Assembly: GCA_964427655.1 (NCBI GenBank)
Contig: CAYRWE010000002.1
Span: forward strand, 1,464-65,463
DNA from: an uncultured Solibacteraceae bacterium
GTDB taxonomy: Bacteria > Acidobacteriota > Terriglobia > Bryobacterales > Bryobacteraceae
DNA: 64,000 nucleotides
Direction: 5' to 3'
Shown here: one piece after another, positions 8,843-18,149 of the stretch
How the letters are laid out: each line of letters opens with the position of its first letter
Numbering within the stretch: the stretch's first letter is position 1
Position numbers and translations under genes: made by a program
Notes under the pieces: generated by a model
What the model was told of the DNA's origin: nothing
What the model saw: the letters and a program-made list of their open reading frames with translations, nothing else
The model's database searches: none

Positions 8843-9172
8843 ATGGCAGGGCAGAACGTAAACAGTTTTTCCGACACCACGTTCGACCAGGAGGTGCTCC
8901 GGTCCGACGTTCCGGTCCTGGTAGACTTCTGGGCCGAATGGTGCGGCCCCTGCCGGCAGATGGCGCCCACGATCGATGTCGTGGCCACCGAGTATGCCGG
9001 TAAGGTGAAGGTGGGCAAGGTGGATGTGGATGCCAACGGAAACACCGCCATGCGTTACAACATCCGCGGCATCCCTACTCTCTTGCTGTTCAAGGGCGGC
9101 CGCGTGGTGGAGCAGCGTGTCGGCGCGGTGGGCAAGTCCGAAGTCCTGAAGATGCTCGAAGCCCACGTCTGA
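8843..9172 (+). CDS. trxA: Thioredoxin
   Basis: WAEWCGPCRQMAP active site; 109 aa. Confidence 0.95.
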   Translation: MAGQNVNSFSDTTFDQEVLRSDVPVLVDFWAEWCGPCRQMAPTIDVVATEYAGKVKVGKVDVDANGNTAMRYNIRGIPTLLLFKGGRVVEQRVGAVGKSEVLKMLEAHV

Positions 9173-9201
9173 TCCGCGGGGATGGGTGAGATTTTGGGAG
9201 C

Positions 9202-9230
9202 GGGGCTCGCGCGAGCGGGCCCCGTTTTTT
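9202..9230 (+). terminator. Rho-independent terminator after trxA
   Basis: GGGGCTCGC-gcga-GCGGGCCCC stem (one mismatch) followed by TTTTTT at 9225-9230. Confidence 0.7.
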
Positions 9231-9633
9231 ATGCCCGGCTGCGTTCGCGCGCCCACCCGCCCGCCGGTTCCGGATACAGGCTGGCGCTCATCTCTTCCTG
9301 GCACCTCACGCAATAGCGCGCCCAGGAGATGGCCCTCAGCCGTTTGGGCGGAATGGGATTTTCGCAGCACAGGCAGATTCCGTAGTCGCCCGCATCCAGC
9401 CGTTCCAGGGCCTCGTCCACCAGCCGGAGCTGCGCGTAATCGAGCGAGTTCAGGTGCAGCGAGATGAACTCGTCGTGCGAGAGCTGGGCCTGGTCGTCCT
9501 CGGCCACGCGGCCCATCCCAGCCAGCATATCGAACTTGCTTCCCAGCCCGGAAAGCACCTCGGACCGCTTTTCCACGAGCATTCTCCGGTAGCCCTCCGG
9601 GCTTTCCGCGGCGGCATCGCGCTTCATCGCCAT
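9229..9633 (-). CDS. DksA/TraR-family C4 zinc-finger protein
   Basis: C-terminal CLCCENPIPPKRLRAISWARYCVRCQ (CxxC-x17-CxxC). Start trimmed to ATG 9633, preceded by GAAGGAGG. Confidence 0.8.
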   Translation of the reverse strand: MAMKRDAAAESPEGYRRMLVEKRSEVLSGLGSKFDMLAGMGRVAEDDQAQLSHDEFISLHLNSLDYAQLRLVDEALERLDAGDYGICLCCENPIPPKRLRAISWARYCVRCQEEMSASLYPEPAGGWARERSRA

Positions 9634-9904
9634 TTGGCCCTCCTTCCCCGGCCCCACCGTAAATCGGGCCGCGACAACTAATGGTCTCCGAAACGTAACA
9701 GAATTCTCTTTGTAAAACAAGATTAATTTCAGAGAAGTACCAGCGCTCACGTGTTCCTATAAGTTATACATACCATTCGGTTTACTGACTGTAAGCCGCA
9801 ACCCCGAGGGCCGGCCGGCCGGCCGCATGCCTCCAAAGGGCTGCCAAAACATTGGCCTGAAGCTATGTTTTCGATGCCTCGGAGCCGGTTTTCCCTCCCG
9901 GTGC

Positions 9905-12900
9905 CTAGACCTCTTCCCCTTCCACTTCGGGCAGCACATCTTTGTCGCCGGCCATCCAGACATACAGAGTCGGAAGCAGGAAGATACTCATCGCCAGGTC
10001 GGAGATCAGCCCTCCCACGATCACAATGGCGAACGGCCGCTGCGAATCCGAACCGATATTGTGCGACAAGGCGGCCGGCAGCAATCCCAGCGTGGCCACC
10101 AGCATGGTCATCATGATGGGCCTCAGCCGCAGCACGGCGCCTTCGATGGCGGATGCTTCTATCGAGGCTCCCCGTGCACGCCGCTGATTGATGTATTCGA
10201 GCATGATCACCCCGGTTTGCACCGAGACGCCGAATAGCGCCAGAAACCCAACCCCCGAAGAGACGCTGAAGTTGGTGTGTGTGACTAACAGGGCCAACAG
10301 GCCGCCGATGCGCGCGAGCATCATATTGACCAGGATCAGGACGGCCCATTTCAACGAACGGAACATGGTGTACAGGATGATGAAAATCAGCAGGATCGTC
10401 AGCGGCACGATGATGAGCAGCCGCTCTTCGGCGCGCTTCTCGCTTTCGTACTCGCCTTCCCAATCGATGCGATATCCGCGCGGCAGTTGAACCTGCGCGT
10501 TCACCTTTTGAATCGCTTCCCCTACGGCGCTCCCCAGGTCCCGACCGCGCACGCTATACTTGACCGCAATGTAGCGCTGGTTCCCTTCCCTGTAAATCTC
10601 CGAGGCGCCATCGCGCTCTTCGATCTGGCAGAGCTGCGCGAGCGAAACCCGTTCGCCGGTGGGAGACAGCAGGCGTATATTCTCGATCGCCTCCCTGCGG
10701 TCGCGGTACTGCGGCAGATAGCGCATCACCAGGTCGTAGCGCGCTTCGCCTTGCAGCACCTGGGTCAGGGCGTTGCCGCCCACGGCGGTTTGTATGGCGT
10801 CCTGCACGTCCGCTACGTTGATCTGGTACCGCGCGGCCTGCCGCCGGTCTACCGTCAAATTCAGATTCGGCTGGCCCAGTACGTGAAAGGCTCCCAGATC
10901 CTCGATGCCCTTCACGCCGCGCATGATGTTGACGATCTGATCGGCCCTCGCCTCGAGCACCCCCAGGTCGTCTCCATAGATCTTAGTGGCCAGTTGTCCC
11001 TTCACTCCGCTGACGGCTTCCTCCATGTTGTCGGCGATAGGTTGCGAGAAGTTCCAGATCGCGCCGGGGATTCTCGCCAGCGCGTCGTTCATGGCCGCGA
11101 TCACTTCTTCCTTATTCTCGTGAAACGCCGGCCGCCACTGCTCTTTGGGCTTCAAGCCGACGAAGTACTCGGTGTTGAAGAAGCCGGTGGTGTCCGTCCC
11201 ATCGTCGGGCCGGCCCACCTGGCTGGTGCACTCGGTGACTTCGGGAAACGAGCACAGCAGAATGCGTGCCTGGTTGGCGATGCGAATGCCTTCGCTGGGG
11301 CCCGTACTCGGCGCCAGAGTGCCGCGCACCCACAGGGCGCCCTCATCCAGGTGCGGCAGAAACTCGGAGCCGATGACGCCGCTGACCGTCAGATAGATGG
11401 CCAGAAGAAGGCTGGCAACGCCGCCCGCCAGGGTGAACCAGCGGAGCCGGATGGCCCATCGCAGCGTCTCGCGATACCTGTCGGTTACCCACATCATCAG
11501 GGGGTTGTGGCACTCGCGGGTGCCTTTAGGGAAGAAGAGACTGGAGAGCACCGGCGCCACCAGCATCGAGAACAAGAGCGCGCCGAGCAAAGCAAACGCG
11601 ACCGTCCAGGCCATGGGTTTGAACAGGCGGCCCTCCACGCGCTGCAGCGTGAAGATGGGAAGGTACGCGGTGATGATGATGGCGATGGCGTAGAACACCG
11701 GCCGCTGCACCTCGTGCGCCGCCTCGAAAATCTTCTCTTTGGGGGACCGGTTGTCTTCGCGGCGGCTCAAATGGCGCACGATGTTCTCGACCATCACCAC
11801 GGCGCCGTCCACCACCATTCCGAAGTCCAGCGCGCCCAGAGAGAGCAGGTTTGCGGGAATGCCCTTCAACTTCAAACAGGTGGCCGCGAACAGAAGCGCA
11901 AACGGAATGGTCAGGGCGACGATAATGGCGCCGCGAATGTTCCCAAGGAACAGCAGCAGAATAATCACGACCAGAATGATGCCCTCGGTGAGGTTATGGA
12001 GGACCGTCTTCGTGGTGTGGTGCACCAGTTCGCTGCGATCGATGAACGGAACGATCTTGACTCCCGGCGGCAGGACGACGTCGTTCAGCTCCTGAATCTT
12101 CGCGTGCAGACCGCGCAGGGCCGCTTCCGCATCCGCGCCCTTGCGCATGGGAACGATCGCCGAAACCACATCGTCGTTGTCGATCAGCCTGCCGTCCTCG
12201 CGGCGAATGGTGCGCGCGAACTGCCCGAGACGGATCTTAGGGCCCTGCGAGACCACCGCGATATCCTTCACGCGCAGCGGAGTGCCGCTCTTGGTCATGA
12301 GCACCGTGCTCTCGATATCGTGTACATCCTTGACCAGGCCCACTTCCCGCACGTTCACCTGCTGCAGGCCGGATTCGAGGAAGCTGCCCCCGGCATTCAC
12401 GTTATTATTCGTGATCTGCTGCTCCACCTGCGCGAGACTGAGCCCGTAAGAGATGAGCTTGTTGGGATCGATGCGCACCTGGTATTCGCGCGTCGGGCCG
12501 CCGAACGTGTTCACGTCCACGATGTCGGGCACGGATTTCAGATTTTTTTCGACGATCCAGTCTTCGATCGATTTCAACTCCATCACGTCGTATTGAGGGT
12601 TGGTGCTGCGCAGCGTGAAGAAGTAGATCTGGCCGACCGGACTCCAGTCCGTCCCCATCTGCGGCGACAAGCCCGGCGGCAAGGTAACTTGCGCAAGCCG
12701 TTCGAGAACTCTCTCGCGATTCCAGCCGTTGTCGGTACCGTCGTCGAAAACCAGCTTTAGGTCGGAGAGGCCGAAAATGGAGAACGAGCGCAGGTGCACC
12801 ACCCCGGGGATTCCGTTCATGACGATTTCGAGCGGAATGGTGACCTGCTGCTCGACCTGTTCGGCGGAGATCCCCGGCCACTGCGTGATGACCTCGACAT

Positions 12901-13036
12901 AGTTATTGGCCACGTCCGGATAGGCCTCCACCGGAAGCTGGTGAAACGAGATGGCGCCCCACACGAACAGGAGCAGCGCCAGCGCCAGCACCAGGAAGCG
13001 ATTCTGGAGAGCGAAATCGACCAGCCTGCCAATCAT
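9905..13036 (-). CDS. CusA/CzcA-family heavy-metal efflux RND pump
   Basis: 1043 aa with 12-TM RND architecture. The N-terminus MIGRLVDFALQNRFLVLALALLLF...GISAEQVEQQVT.PLE is typical of the HME-RND family. Confidence 0.9.
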   Translation of the reverse strand: MIGRLVDFALQNRFLVLALALLLFVWGAISFHQLPVEAYPDVANNYVEVITQWPGISAEQVEQQVTIPLEIVMNGIPGVVHLRSFSIFGLSDLKLVFDDGTDNGWNRERVLERLAQVTLPPGLSPQMGTDWSPVGQIYFFTLRSTNPQYDVMELKSIEDWIVEKNLKSVPDIVDVNTFGGPTREYQVRIDPNKLISYGLSLAQVEQQITNNNVNAGGSFLESGLQQVNVREVGLVKDVHDIESTVLMTKSGTPLRVKDIAVVSQGPKIRLGQFARTIRREDGRLIDNDDVVSAIVPMRKGADAEAALRGLHAKIQELNDVVLPPGVKIVPFIDRSELVHHTTKTVLHNLTEGIILVVIILLLFLGNIRGAIIVALTIPFALLFAATCLKLKGIPANLLSLGALDFGMVVDGAVVMVENIVRHLSRREDNRSPKEKIFEAAHEVQRPVFYAIAIIITAYLPIFTLQRVEGRLFKPMAWTVAFALLGALLFSMLVAPVLSSLFFPKGTRECHNPLMMWVTDRYRETLRWAIRLRWFTLAGGVASLLLAIYLTVSGVIGSEFLPHLDEGALWVRGTLAPSTGPSEGIRIANQARILLCSFPEVTECTSQVGRPDDGTDTTGFFNTEYFVGLKPKEQWRPAFHENKEEVIAAMNDALARIPGAIWNFSQPIADNMEEAVSGVKGQLATKIYGDDLGVLEARADQIVNIMRGVKGIEDLGAFHVLGQPNLNLTVDRRQAARYQINVADVQDAIQTAVGGNALTQVLQGEARYDLVMRYLPQYRDRREAIENIRLLSPTGERVSLAQLCQIEERDGASEIYREGNQRYIAVKYSVRGRDLGSAVGEAIQKVNAQVQLPRGYRIDWEGEYESEKRAEERLLIIVPLTILLIFIILYTMFRSLKWAVLILVNMMLARIGGLLALLVTHTNFSVSSGVGFLALFGVSVQTGVIMLEYINQRRARGASIEASAIEGAVLRLRPIMMTMLVATLGLLPAALSHNIGSDSQRPFAIVIVGGLISDLAMSIFLLPTLYVWMAGDKDVLPEVEGEEV

Positions 13037-14182
13037 TTATTGCTCCACGGTGTTTTGCAAAACCAGGGCATTCGCCACCACCTGCGCGCCCGGCTGCAGC
13101 CCCGAGAGGATCTCCTGCATGTTCCCGGGAAGCGTGTCGCCGCCGGCCACTTCTATGCGCCGGAATCTTCCGTCTTGGATCGGCGTGTAGACCCAGTTGC
13201 GGTCGTGCAGGTGCAGAACCGCCGTGGAGGGCACGGTCGCGTGCCGATCCTTGGTCAAGCCGTGGAAGGTCGCGGTGACGAACATTCCGAAGCGCATCAG
13301 CCCCGGATTCTCGACCTCCAGACGCACCTTGGCGGTGCGCAGGTTGGGGTCCATGATGGCGCCGATATTGCCGATCCGCCCTCTCAAGGTCCGGTTCGGG
13401 TAGGCGTTCAGATGAATGTCCGCGTACTCGCCCATGCGTACTTGCGCCAGATCGTTCTCATAGACATCGCACACGATCCACACGTGCGATACGTCCGAAA
13501 TGGTGAAGGGGTTGGGCGCCGTCAGGGCCTGCACGCCCGACGAGTTGGTAATCTGCTGATCGGTGATGACTCCCGAAACCGGCGCGAAAACTCCCACAAT
13601 TCCCGTCGGGTGGTCGGGATCCGATCCCAGCAGGCGAAGATGTTCGGTGGCCGTCGCCACATCGACTTTGGCGTTGTCCTCGGCGTTCTGAGCGATTTCC
13701 AGGGAGCTCTTGGGAACGGCCCCGTTTTCATACAGCAGCTCGGCGCGATCCAGTTGAATCTTCGTCAACTGCTCGTTTTTGACGGCCTTTTGATAGTCGG
13801 AGAACGCGCCGGCTATATCGGAACTTCTCACTTTGAATAGCAGTTGCCCCTGCTTTACCTCGTCTCCCAAACGCGCGGCGATTTCCACCACGCGCCCCGA
13901 GGCGAGCGATGGCACCGGCACCTGCCGCGACACATCCGGGCTCACCGCGCCGGTCACGTTCAATTCCGGGGAGGCGACATACTCACCGGCCGTCGTCAGC
14001 GGGAACTGCTCCGGATGGTCCACTTTGAAGTTGTTGGAGTCCATGTCTGGCTCCACGATGGGCGGCTGCGGACCGGTATTGCGGCTGTCGATCGATGCCG
14101 CCGTGACTCGCCGGCTGCACCCGGCCGTCGAAAGAACGGCCCACAAACACAGACTTACCTCGAGAAGAACTGAGCTTTTCAT
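13037..14182 (-). CDS. Efflux RND periplasmic adaptor (MFP/CzcB-like) lipoprotein
   Basis: Lipobox LSTAGC, HlyD-like barrel-sandwich pattern, adjacent to the RND pump. Confidence 0.85.
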   Translation of the reverse strand: MKSSVLLEVSLCLWAVLSTAGCSRRVTAASIDSRNTGPQPPIVEPDMDSNNFKVDHPEQFPLTTAGEYVASPELNVTGAVSPDVSRQVPVPSLASGRVVEIAARLGDEVKQGQLLFKVRSSDIAGAFSDYQKAVKNEQLTKIQLDRAELLYENGAVPKSSLEIAQNAEDNAKVDVATATEHLRLLGSDPDHPTGIVGVFAPVSGVITDQQITNSSGVQALTAPNPFTISDVSHVWIVCDVYENDLAQVRMGEYADIHLNAYPNRTLRGRIGNIGAIMDPNLRTAKVRLEVENPGLMRFGMFVTATFHGLTKDRHATVPSTAVLHLHDRNWVYTPIQDGRFRRIEVAGGDTLPGNMQEILSGLQPGAQVVANALVLQNTVEQ

Positions 14183-15513
14183 TGAATTACCTCCCGGCCC
14201 ACTGCCATGTTCATTTGGGCCGCCGTGGTCAGGTACGATCCGATCAGGTTCAGATACGCCAGCCGCGTATCGCGATAAGCCTTCTCCGCGTCCAGATAAT
14301 CCAGCAAGGAAGCGCCGCCGTTCTGATACGAGAAGGCGATCTTGTTGCGGCTGTTTTCGGCCAGCTTCAGATACTTGTCCCGATAGGGCCGCAGCAGATT
14401 CAGAGCGCTAACCAGCGTGACGTAGGCCGAATCCACGTCGCTGAACACCTGCGCTCGCGCGGCCTCCTCCAGGCGTTCATTGCGGCCGATATCGATCTGC
14501 GTCCTCGCCTTCTCGCCCTGATTGCGGTCGAAGATCCGCAGCGGAATCGATACGCTCACGCCGAAGTACACGGGGATTGGCGGGTTGCGCGCGAAATCCA
14601 CGCTGAACGTGGGATCGGTCGAGCCATTAGCAACGGCCAGCCGGTAATTGGTTTTCGCCAGGTCGACCGATTGCACGGCGGCTTTCAAATCCGGCCGCCC
14701 TTCGAGCGCCAGGTTTCGGAATTCTTCGAGCGGCCGCAACTCGTCGCTGAAGTAATACGGTCCTGCGACGTCGAACTGCTCGATGGGCGTCCGATCGTTC
14801 AGCAGCGTCAGAAGCTGGATCTTGGATGTGCGGACATTCACCACCGCGTTTTCGAGGTCGGACTCGAACTGCACGCGCTGCAGCTCCAGGCGATCCAGAT
14901 CCACCTGCGCCAAGTCGCCGGCCTGGAAGCGAGTGCGGTTCACCGCCAACTCGCGATCCCAGTAAGCCAGGTTGTCCTTGGCGTTTTGCAGCACGGCTTT
15001 GGCCTGCAAAGTTTGCACGAAGGCATTTCGCAGATTAAAGAGCAGGGTGCGCTCCTGATCCGCGAGAGTGGAGGCGGCGATGTCGGTCGATTTCCGCGCG
15101 CTTTCCAGGCGCAGTTCCCGCTTGTGCTCCCGCTCGTGCAGGTAGCTGACCGACCCGTAGGGCAGCGTGTTGGCGAAAGGCCGGTAAACGGACGCTCCCG
15201 AGACAGGTGAGGAGAAGCTGGCCAGCGGATTAAGCTGGTCGAGCGTTCCCGTAAGATCCGGATTGGGCCGCAGATAAGCCGTGGTTTCGGCGGCCCGCGA
15301 TTCGTCGATATTGAGCTGGGCCGCCTTCAATGTGGGATTGGCGGCCTCGAACCTCTCCTCGATCTGCTGCCACGTAAGCGTGCTCTGGGCCAGCGCCGCG
15401 GCGGGGAGAAATCCGATCGCGGCGATTGCGGCCCACGCGCGCGATCGCGGAGAGTATATCGTCTTGTTTCGAACAGTCCTTGCCAATGCGGCAATGTTCA
15501 TAAGCCGATTCAA
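14179..15513 (-). CDS. TolC-family outer-membrane efflux protein (CzcC-like)
   Basis: 444 aa with the two-repeat OEP pattern. First gene of the operon, with a 4-nt overlap onto the adaptor gene. Confidence 0.85.
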   Translation of the reverse strand: MNRLMNIAALARTVRNKTIYSPRSRAWAAIAAIGFLPAAALAQSTLTWQQIEERFEAANPTLKAAQLNIDESRAAETTAYLRPNPDLTGTLDQLNPLASFSSPVSGASVYRPFANTLPYGSVSYLHEREHKRELRLESARKSTDIAASTLADQERTLLFNLRNAFVQTLQAKAVLQNAKDNLAYWDRELAVNRTRFQAGDLAQVDLDRLELQRVQFESDLENAVVNVRTSKIQLLTLLNDRTPIEQFDVAGPYYFSDELRPLEEFRNLALEGRPDLKAAVQSVDLAKTNYRLAVANGSTDPTFSVDFARNPPIPVYFGVSVSIPLRIFDRNQGEKARTQIDIGRNERLEEAARAQVFSDVDSAYVTLVSALNLLRPYRDKYLKLAENSRNKIAFSYQNGGASLLDYLDAEKAYRDTRLAYLNLIGSYLTTAAQMNMAVGREVIQ

Positions 15514-15702
15514 GCTTAGTTATAGCGCGCCGATCCAGCAGCGCCACTTATCTTCCGGCGCGATGCGGCGATCTTTAGAGCCGCCGATCTATCTATCGAT
15601 CAGCCGTTTCTCCAATCTTTTCGCTGGAAACCATATCTTTCGGTCAAAGCTATTGGCATTGTCACTTAGTGGCCATAAGCTGAGTTCAACGCGAGGTGGT
15701 AA

Positions 15703-16485
15703 TTGCGAAATCCCGATCTCACTGGCGGCCTAGAGGGGTGTGGAAACGAGACGGCGCGCGAGGATTGCGTCCGGCTTCTCGTGCTCGACGGGCAGGCTCT
15801 TTTTCGGTCTAGCTTGAGTCGCCTCCTGGCATCGCAACCTGGGTTTCAAGTAGTGGGCGAGTGCGCCGGTTCCGCCGAAGCGCTGGAGATCCTGGGCGCT
15901 TTACCCGTCGATGTGGTCCTGCTGGATTTCGGCTGCGTGACGCAGGGGGGAGACGACTTCATGTCCGAAGCCCGCCGCAAGGGTTATCAGGGCCGCTTTC
16001 TGATCGTCACCGAAGCCGTGGATGCCAGGCGATCGGCAATTGCCATAGGCCTCGGCGCATCCGGCGTTTTTCTAAGGTCCGAGTCGCCCGATCGCCTGGT
16101 GCGCGCCATCGAGCTGGTGGCCAGCGGCGCCGTCTGGCTCGATGAAACCATCATTCGGCTCCTGGCCGATCAGTCGATTGGCAAGCTGCCGCGATCGGAA
16201 GACTCGGATTCCGGCAATCTCTTGCCGGACCGGGAGCAAAAGGTGCTGCTGGGCGTTCTCGGGGGCCTGTCGAATAAGAAGATTGGTGCGAATCTCGGTA
16301 TTTCCGAGAGCACCGTCAAGGCAGCGCTGCAGCGGTTGTTCCTCAAGACGGGCGTGCGAACGCGGAGCCAGCTTGTCCGCGTGGCGCTCGAAGGTTCGCT
16401 CAAGACCGCCAAAGGCCTGATGCGGCACTTACGAAACGCCAAAGCGGCTTCATCTCTCCGCGGCGAACTCCATCCCATAATCTAG
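15703..16485 (+). CDS. NarL/FixJ-type response regulator (REC + LuxR HTH) with an atypical receiver
   Basis: REC segment RLLVLDGQALF...VDVVLLDF...FLIVTEA...GVFLRSE. LuxR HTH segment REQKVLLGVLGGLSNKKIGANLGISESTVKAALQRLFLKTGVRTRSQLV. TTG start; start uncertain. Confidence 0.8.
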   Translation: MRNPDLTGGLEGCGNETAREDCVRLLVLDGQALFRSSLSRLLASQPGFQVVGECAGSAEALEILGALPVDVVLLDFGCVTQGGDDFMSEARRKGYQGRFLIVTEAVDARRSAIAIGLGASGVFLRSESPDRLVRAIELVASGAVWLDETIIRLLADQSIGKLPRSEDSDSGNLLPDREQKVLLGVLGGLSNKKIGANLGISESTVKAALQRLFLKTGVRTRSQLVRVALEGSLKTAKGLMRHLRNAKAASSLRGELHPII

Positions 16486-16488
16486 GGA

Positions 16489-16539
16489 GCGATCTTCCGG
16501 CAGCCGAACGGCTAATCTTTCGATTGGCCGGCAGATCGC
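16489..16539. terminator. Long hairpin between the convergent LuxR genes
   Basis: GCGATCTTCCGGC (16489-16501) pairs with GCCGGCAGATCGC (16527-16539) at 12/13 positions, with a 25-nt loop. There is no U-tract, so it is not a canonical intrinsic terminator. Confidence 0.4.
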
Positions 16540-16544
16540 CCCGT

Positions 16545-17471
16545 TCACAGAACGTTCCGATACAGTTCCAGGGCCACCCGCACGAGCTGGCTGCGGGTTC
16601 GAACCCCCGTTTTGGCGAAGAGCTGCTGCATGGTGTTCTTGACGGCGCTTTCCGAGATCTCCATGCGGGCCGCGATCTCTTTGTTAGCCAAGCCTTGTAC
16701 CAGCAGCCGCAGGACCTCCGTCTCTCTGCCATTCAATGCGGCCGGCTCGCGCTGCTCTAATATAGGCGAATTCAAGCCGCCCGGCGCGGTCGCCGCGGCG
16801 TCCCCGGCTTCCTCTCCGCTTGTTTCCGCGATGATCGCCGCCAGCTTGGGATTCGAACCCTCCTTGTAAGTCGAGAACCAGACGTCGGCCGTGAAAAACT
16901 CGCCGCTGCCCCGATGTCCCAGGCACTGCATGGATGCCCGGAACTGGGGAGCCTCTTCCCAACGAAGCGCATGATGCAGTTCCGGCAGGAACGCCGCGAT
17001 GGGATCGCCGATCAAGTATCCGGCTCGCGGGATCATCAGTTCCACAGCCGCGCGATTGGCGAGTTCGATGATGCCGCGCTCGTTGACGGTCACGATCGCC
17101 GCGGGGCTGGTGTCCACGAGGATCTTCAGTCTCTCCTGGGCTTCCAGGCTCAGGCGGCGATTGCGGACCAGCTCTCCGACGAATAATCCGCAGCCCGCCA
17201 GTGCCAGAGTTTCAAAACCCAGCCGCACAAACGATGGCTCCAGTGAGCTGAAAATCTCGGCGAGCACCGCGCAGGCCGTGCCCAATAGTGCGACGAACCA
17301 CCGCGGCAGGAAGGCCGCCGCCAGCATAATGGGAAATAAATACAGAAAGCCCAGCGAGACATACGGCTTCGTCCACCAATCCACCGCGGCGATTATCAGA
17401 ACAATTACGCCGCTAACCACCAGGACCGCCGTTCGATTCCGGCGATCCCACAACCGTTCCAGAGCCGGCAT
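16545..17471 (-). CDS. Membrane-anchored PAS + LuxR-HTH one-component regulator
   Basis: N-terminal ~100 aa contain 3-4 predicted TM segments. A PAS-like core follows (LKILVDTSPAAIVTVNERGIIELANRAAVELM...). C-terminal LuxR HTH: RETEVLRLLVQGLANKEIAARMEISESAVKNTMQQLFAKTGVRTRSQLV. Confidence 0.8.
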   Translation of the reverse strand: MPALERLWDRRNRTAVLVVSGVIVLIIAAVDWWTKPYVSLGFLYLFPIMLAAAFLPRWFVALLGTACAVLAEIFSSLEPSFVRLGFETLALAGCGLFVGELVRNRRLSLEAQERLKILVDTSPAAIVTVNERGIIELANRAAVELMIPRAGYLIGDPIAAFLPELHHALRWEEAPQFRASMQCLGHRGSGEFFTADVWFSTYKEGSNPKLAAIIAETSGEEAGDAAATAPGGLNSPILEQREPAALNGRETEVLRLLVQGLANKEIAARMEISESAVKNTMQQLFAKTGVRTRSQLVRVALELYRNVL

Positions 17472-17576
17472 GATAGGGAATCTTGATTATCGCGCTTCCA
17501 TGCCAGCCCGTTCGCGTGCACCGAGGCTTCTTGTGGATAATCCTTTGATTGCAGCGGAAAGCGGCGCGCGACGGGC

Positions 17577-18146
17577 CTAGCGGGGTACGAAGGGGTAATT
17601 CTGGGACAGATCGGAGAGCATTTCGCGCTCCTCCGGCGAGTAAGACTTCTTGAACTCCTCGCCCGCCAGCCGCGCGCGCCGCTCCTCGTCCGACATGCCA
17701 TGCAGTTGCACGATTTCCCGCCGCAGGACCCTCCGCCGGTCCTCGGGCAGATTATTGAAGGTCTGTATATGGCGCCGCAGCGCGTTCTGCTCGGCCGGCG
17801 GCAGGCGGGAGAGCATCTCGAGCTGTTGCAGGCGGCGCTCCTTCTCCGCCGGGGGAAGCCGGTCGAGCGTTTCCAGACGCTCGCGGATGCGCTCCTGTTG
17901 TTGCAACGGCATCTTCGATAGCAGGCGCTCGCGTTGTTCGGGCGTCATCTGCAAAAGGCGCTGCACCGGCAAGGCCGGATTGTTCAGCTTGGCCTGGCCT
18001 TTTCCCTGGCCCTTGGGCTGGGCGCTCTTGCGGGGCGCTGCCCGGGCCGCCGGCGCGCGCGGCGCGGGAGGCGGCTTGGGCTGCTTCTGGGCGAGCAGGC
18101 ATGGCACGAGCGCCAGCCACGCCGCGCCCACCAGGTGTACGCGCAT
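17577..18146 (-). CDS. DUF3106-like periplasmic repeat protein
   Basis: Signal peptide followed by repeated helical L(P)PxE..R motifs (RLPPAEKERRL, RLPPAEQNALR, NLPEDRRRVLR). It occupies the third gene position after an ECF sigma/anti-sigma pair. Confidence 0.65.
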   Translation of the reverse strand: MRVHLVGAAWLALVPCLLAQKQPKPPPAPRAPAARAAPRKSAQPKGQGKGQAKLNNPALPVQRLLQMTPEQRERLLSKMPLQQQERIRERLETLDRLPPAEKERRLQQLEMLSRLPPAEQNALRRHIQTFNNLPEDRRRVLRREIVQLHGMSDEERRARLAGEEFKKSYSPEEREMLSDLSQNYPFVPR

Positions 18147-18149
18147 TCC

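Noticed and set aside
10487-12760. 757-aa ORF on the plus strand
   Set aside because: It is entirely antisense to the well-supported CzcA-type RND pump. Its composition is Arg/Ala/Gly/His-rich low complexity, typical of shadow ORFs in high-GC DNA.
16595-16608. tRNA T-loop-like string GGGTTCGAACCCCC
   Set aside because: It lies inside the LuxR HTH coding region, where it encodes GVRTR on the minus strand. No acceptor, D or anticodon arms could be built around it.
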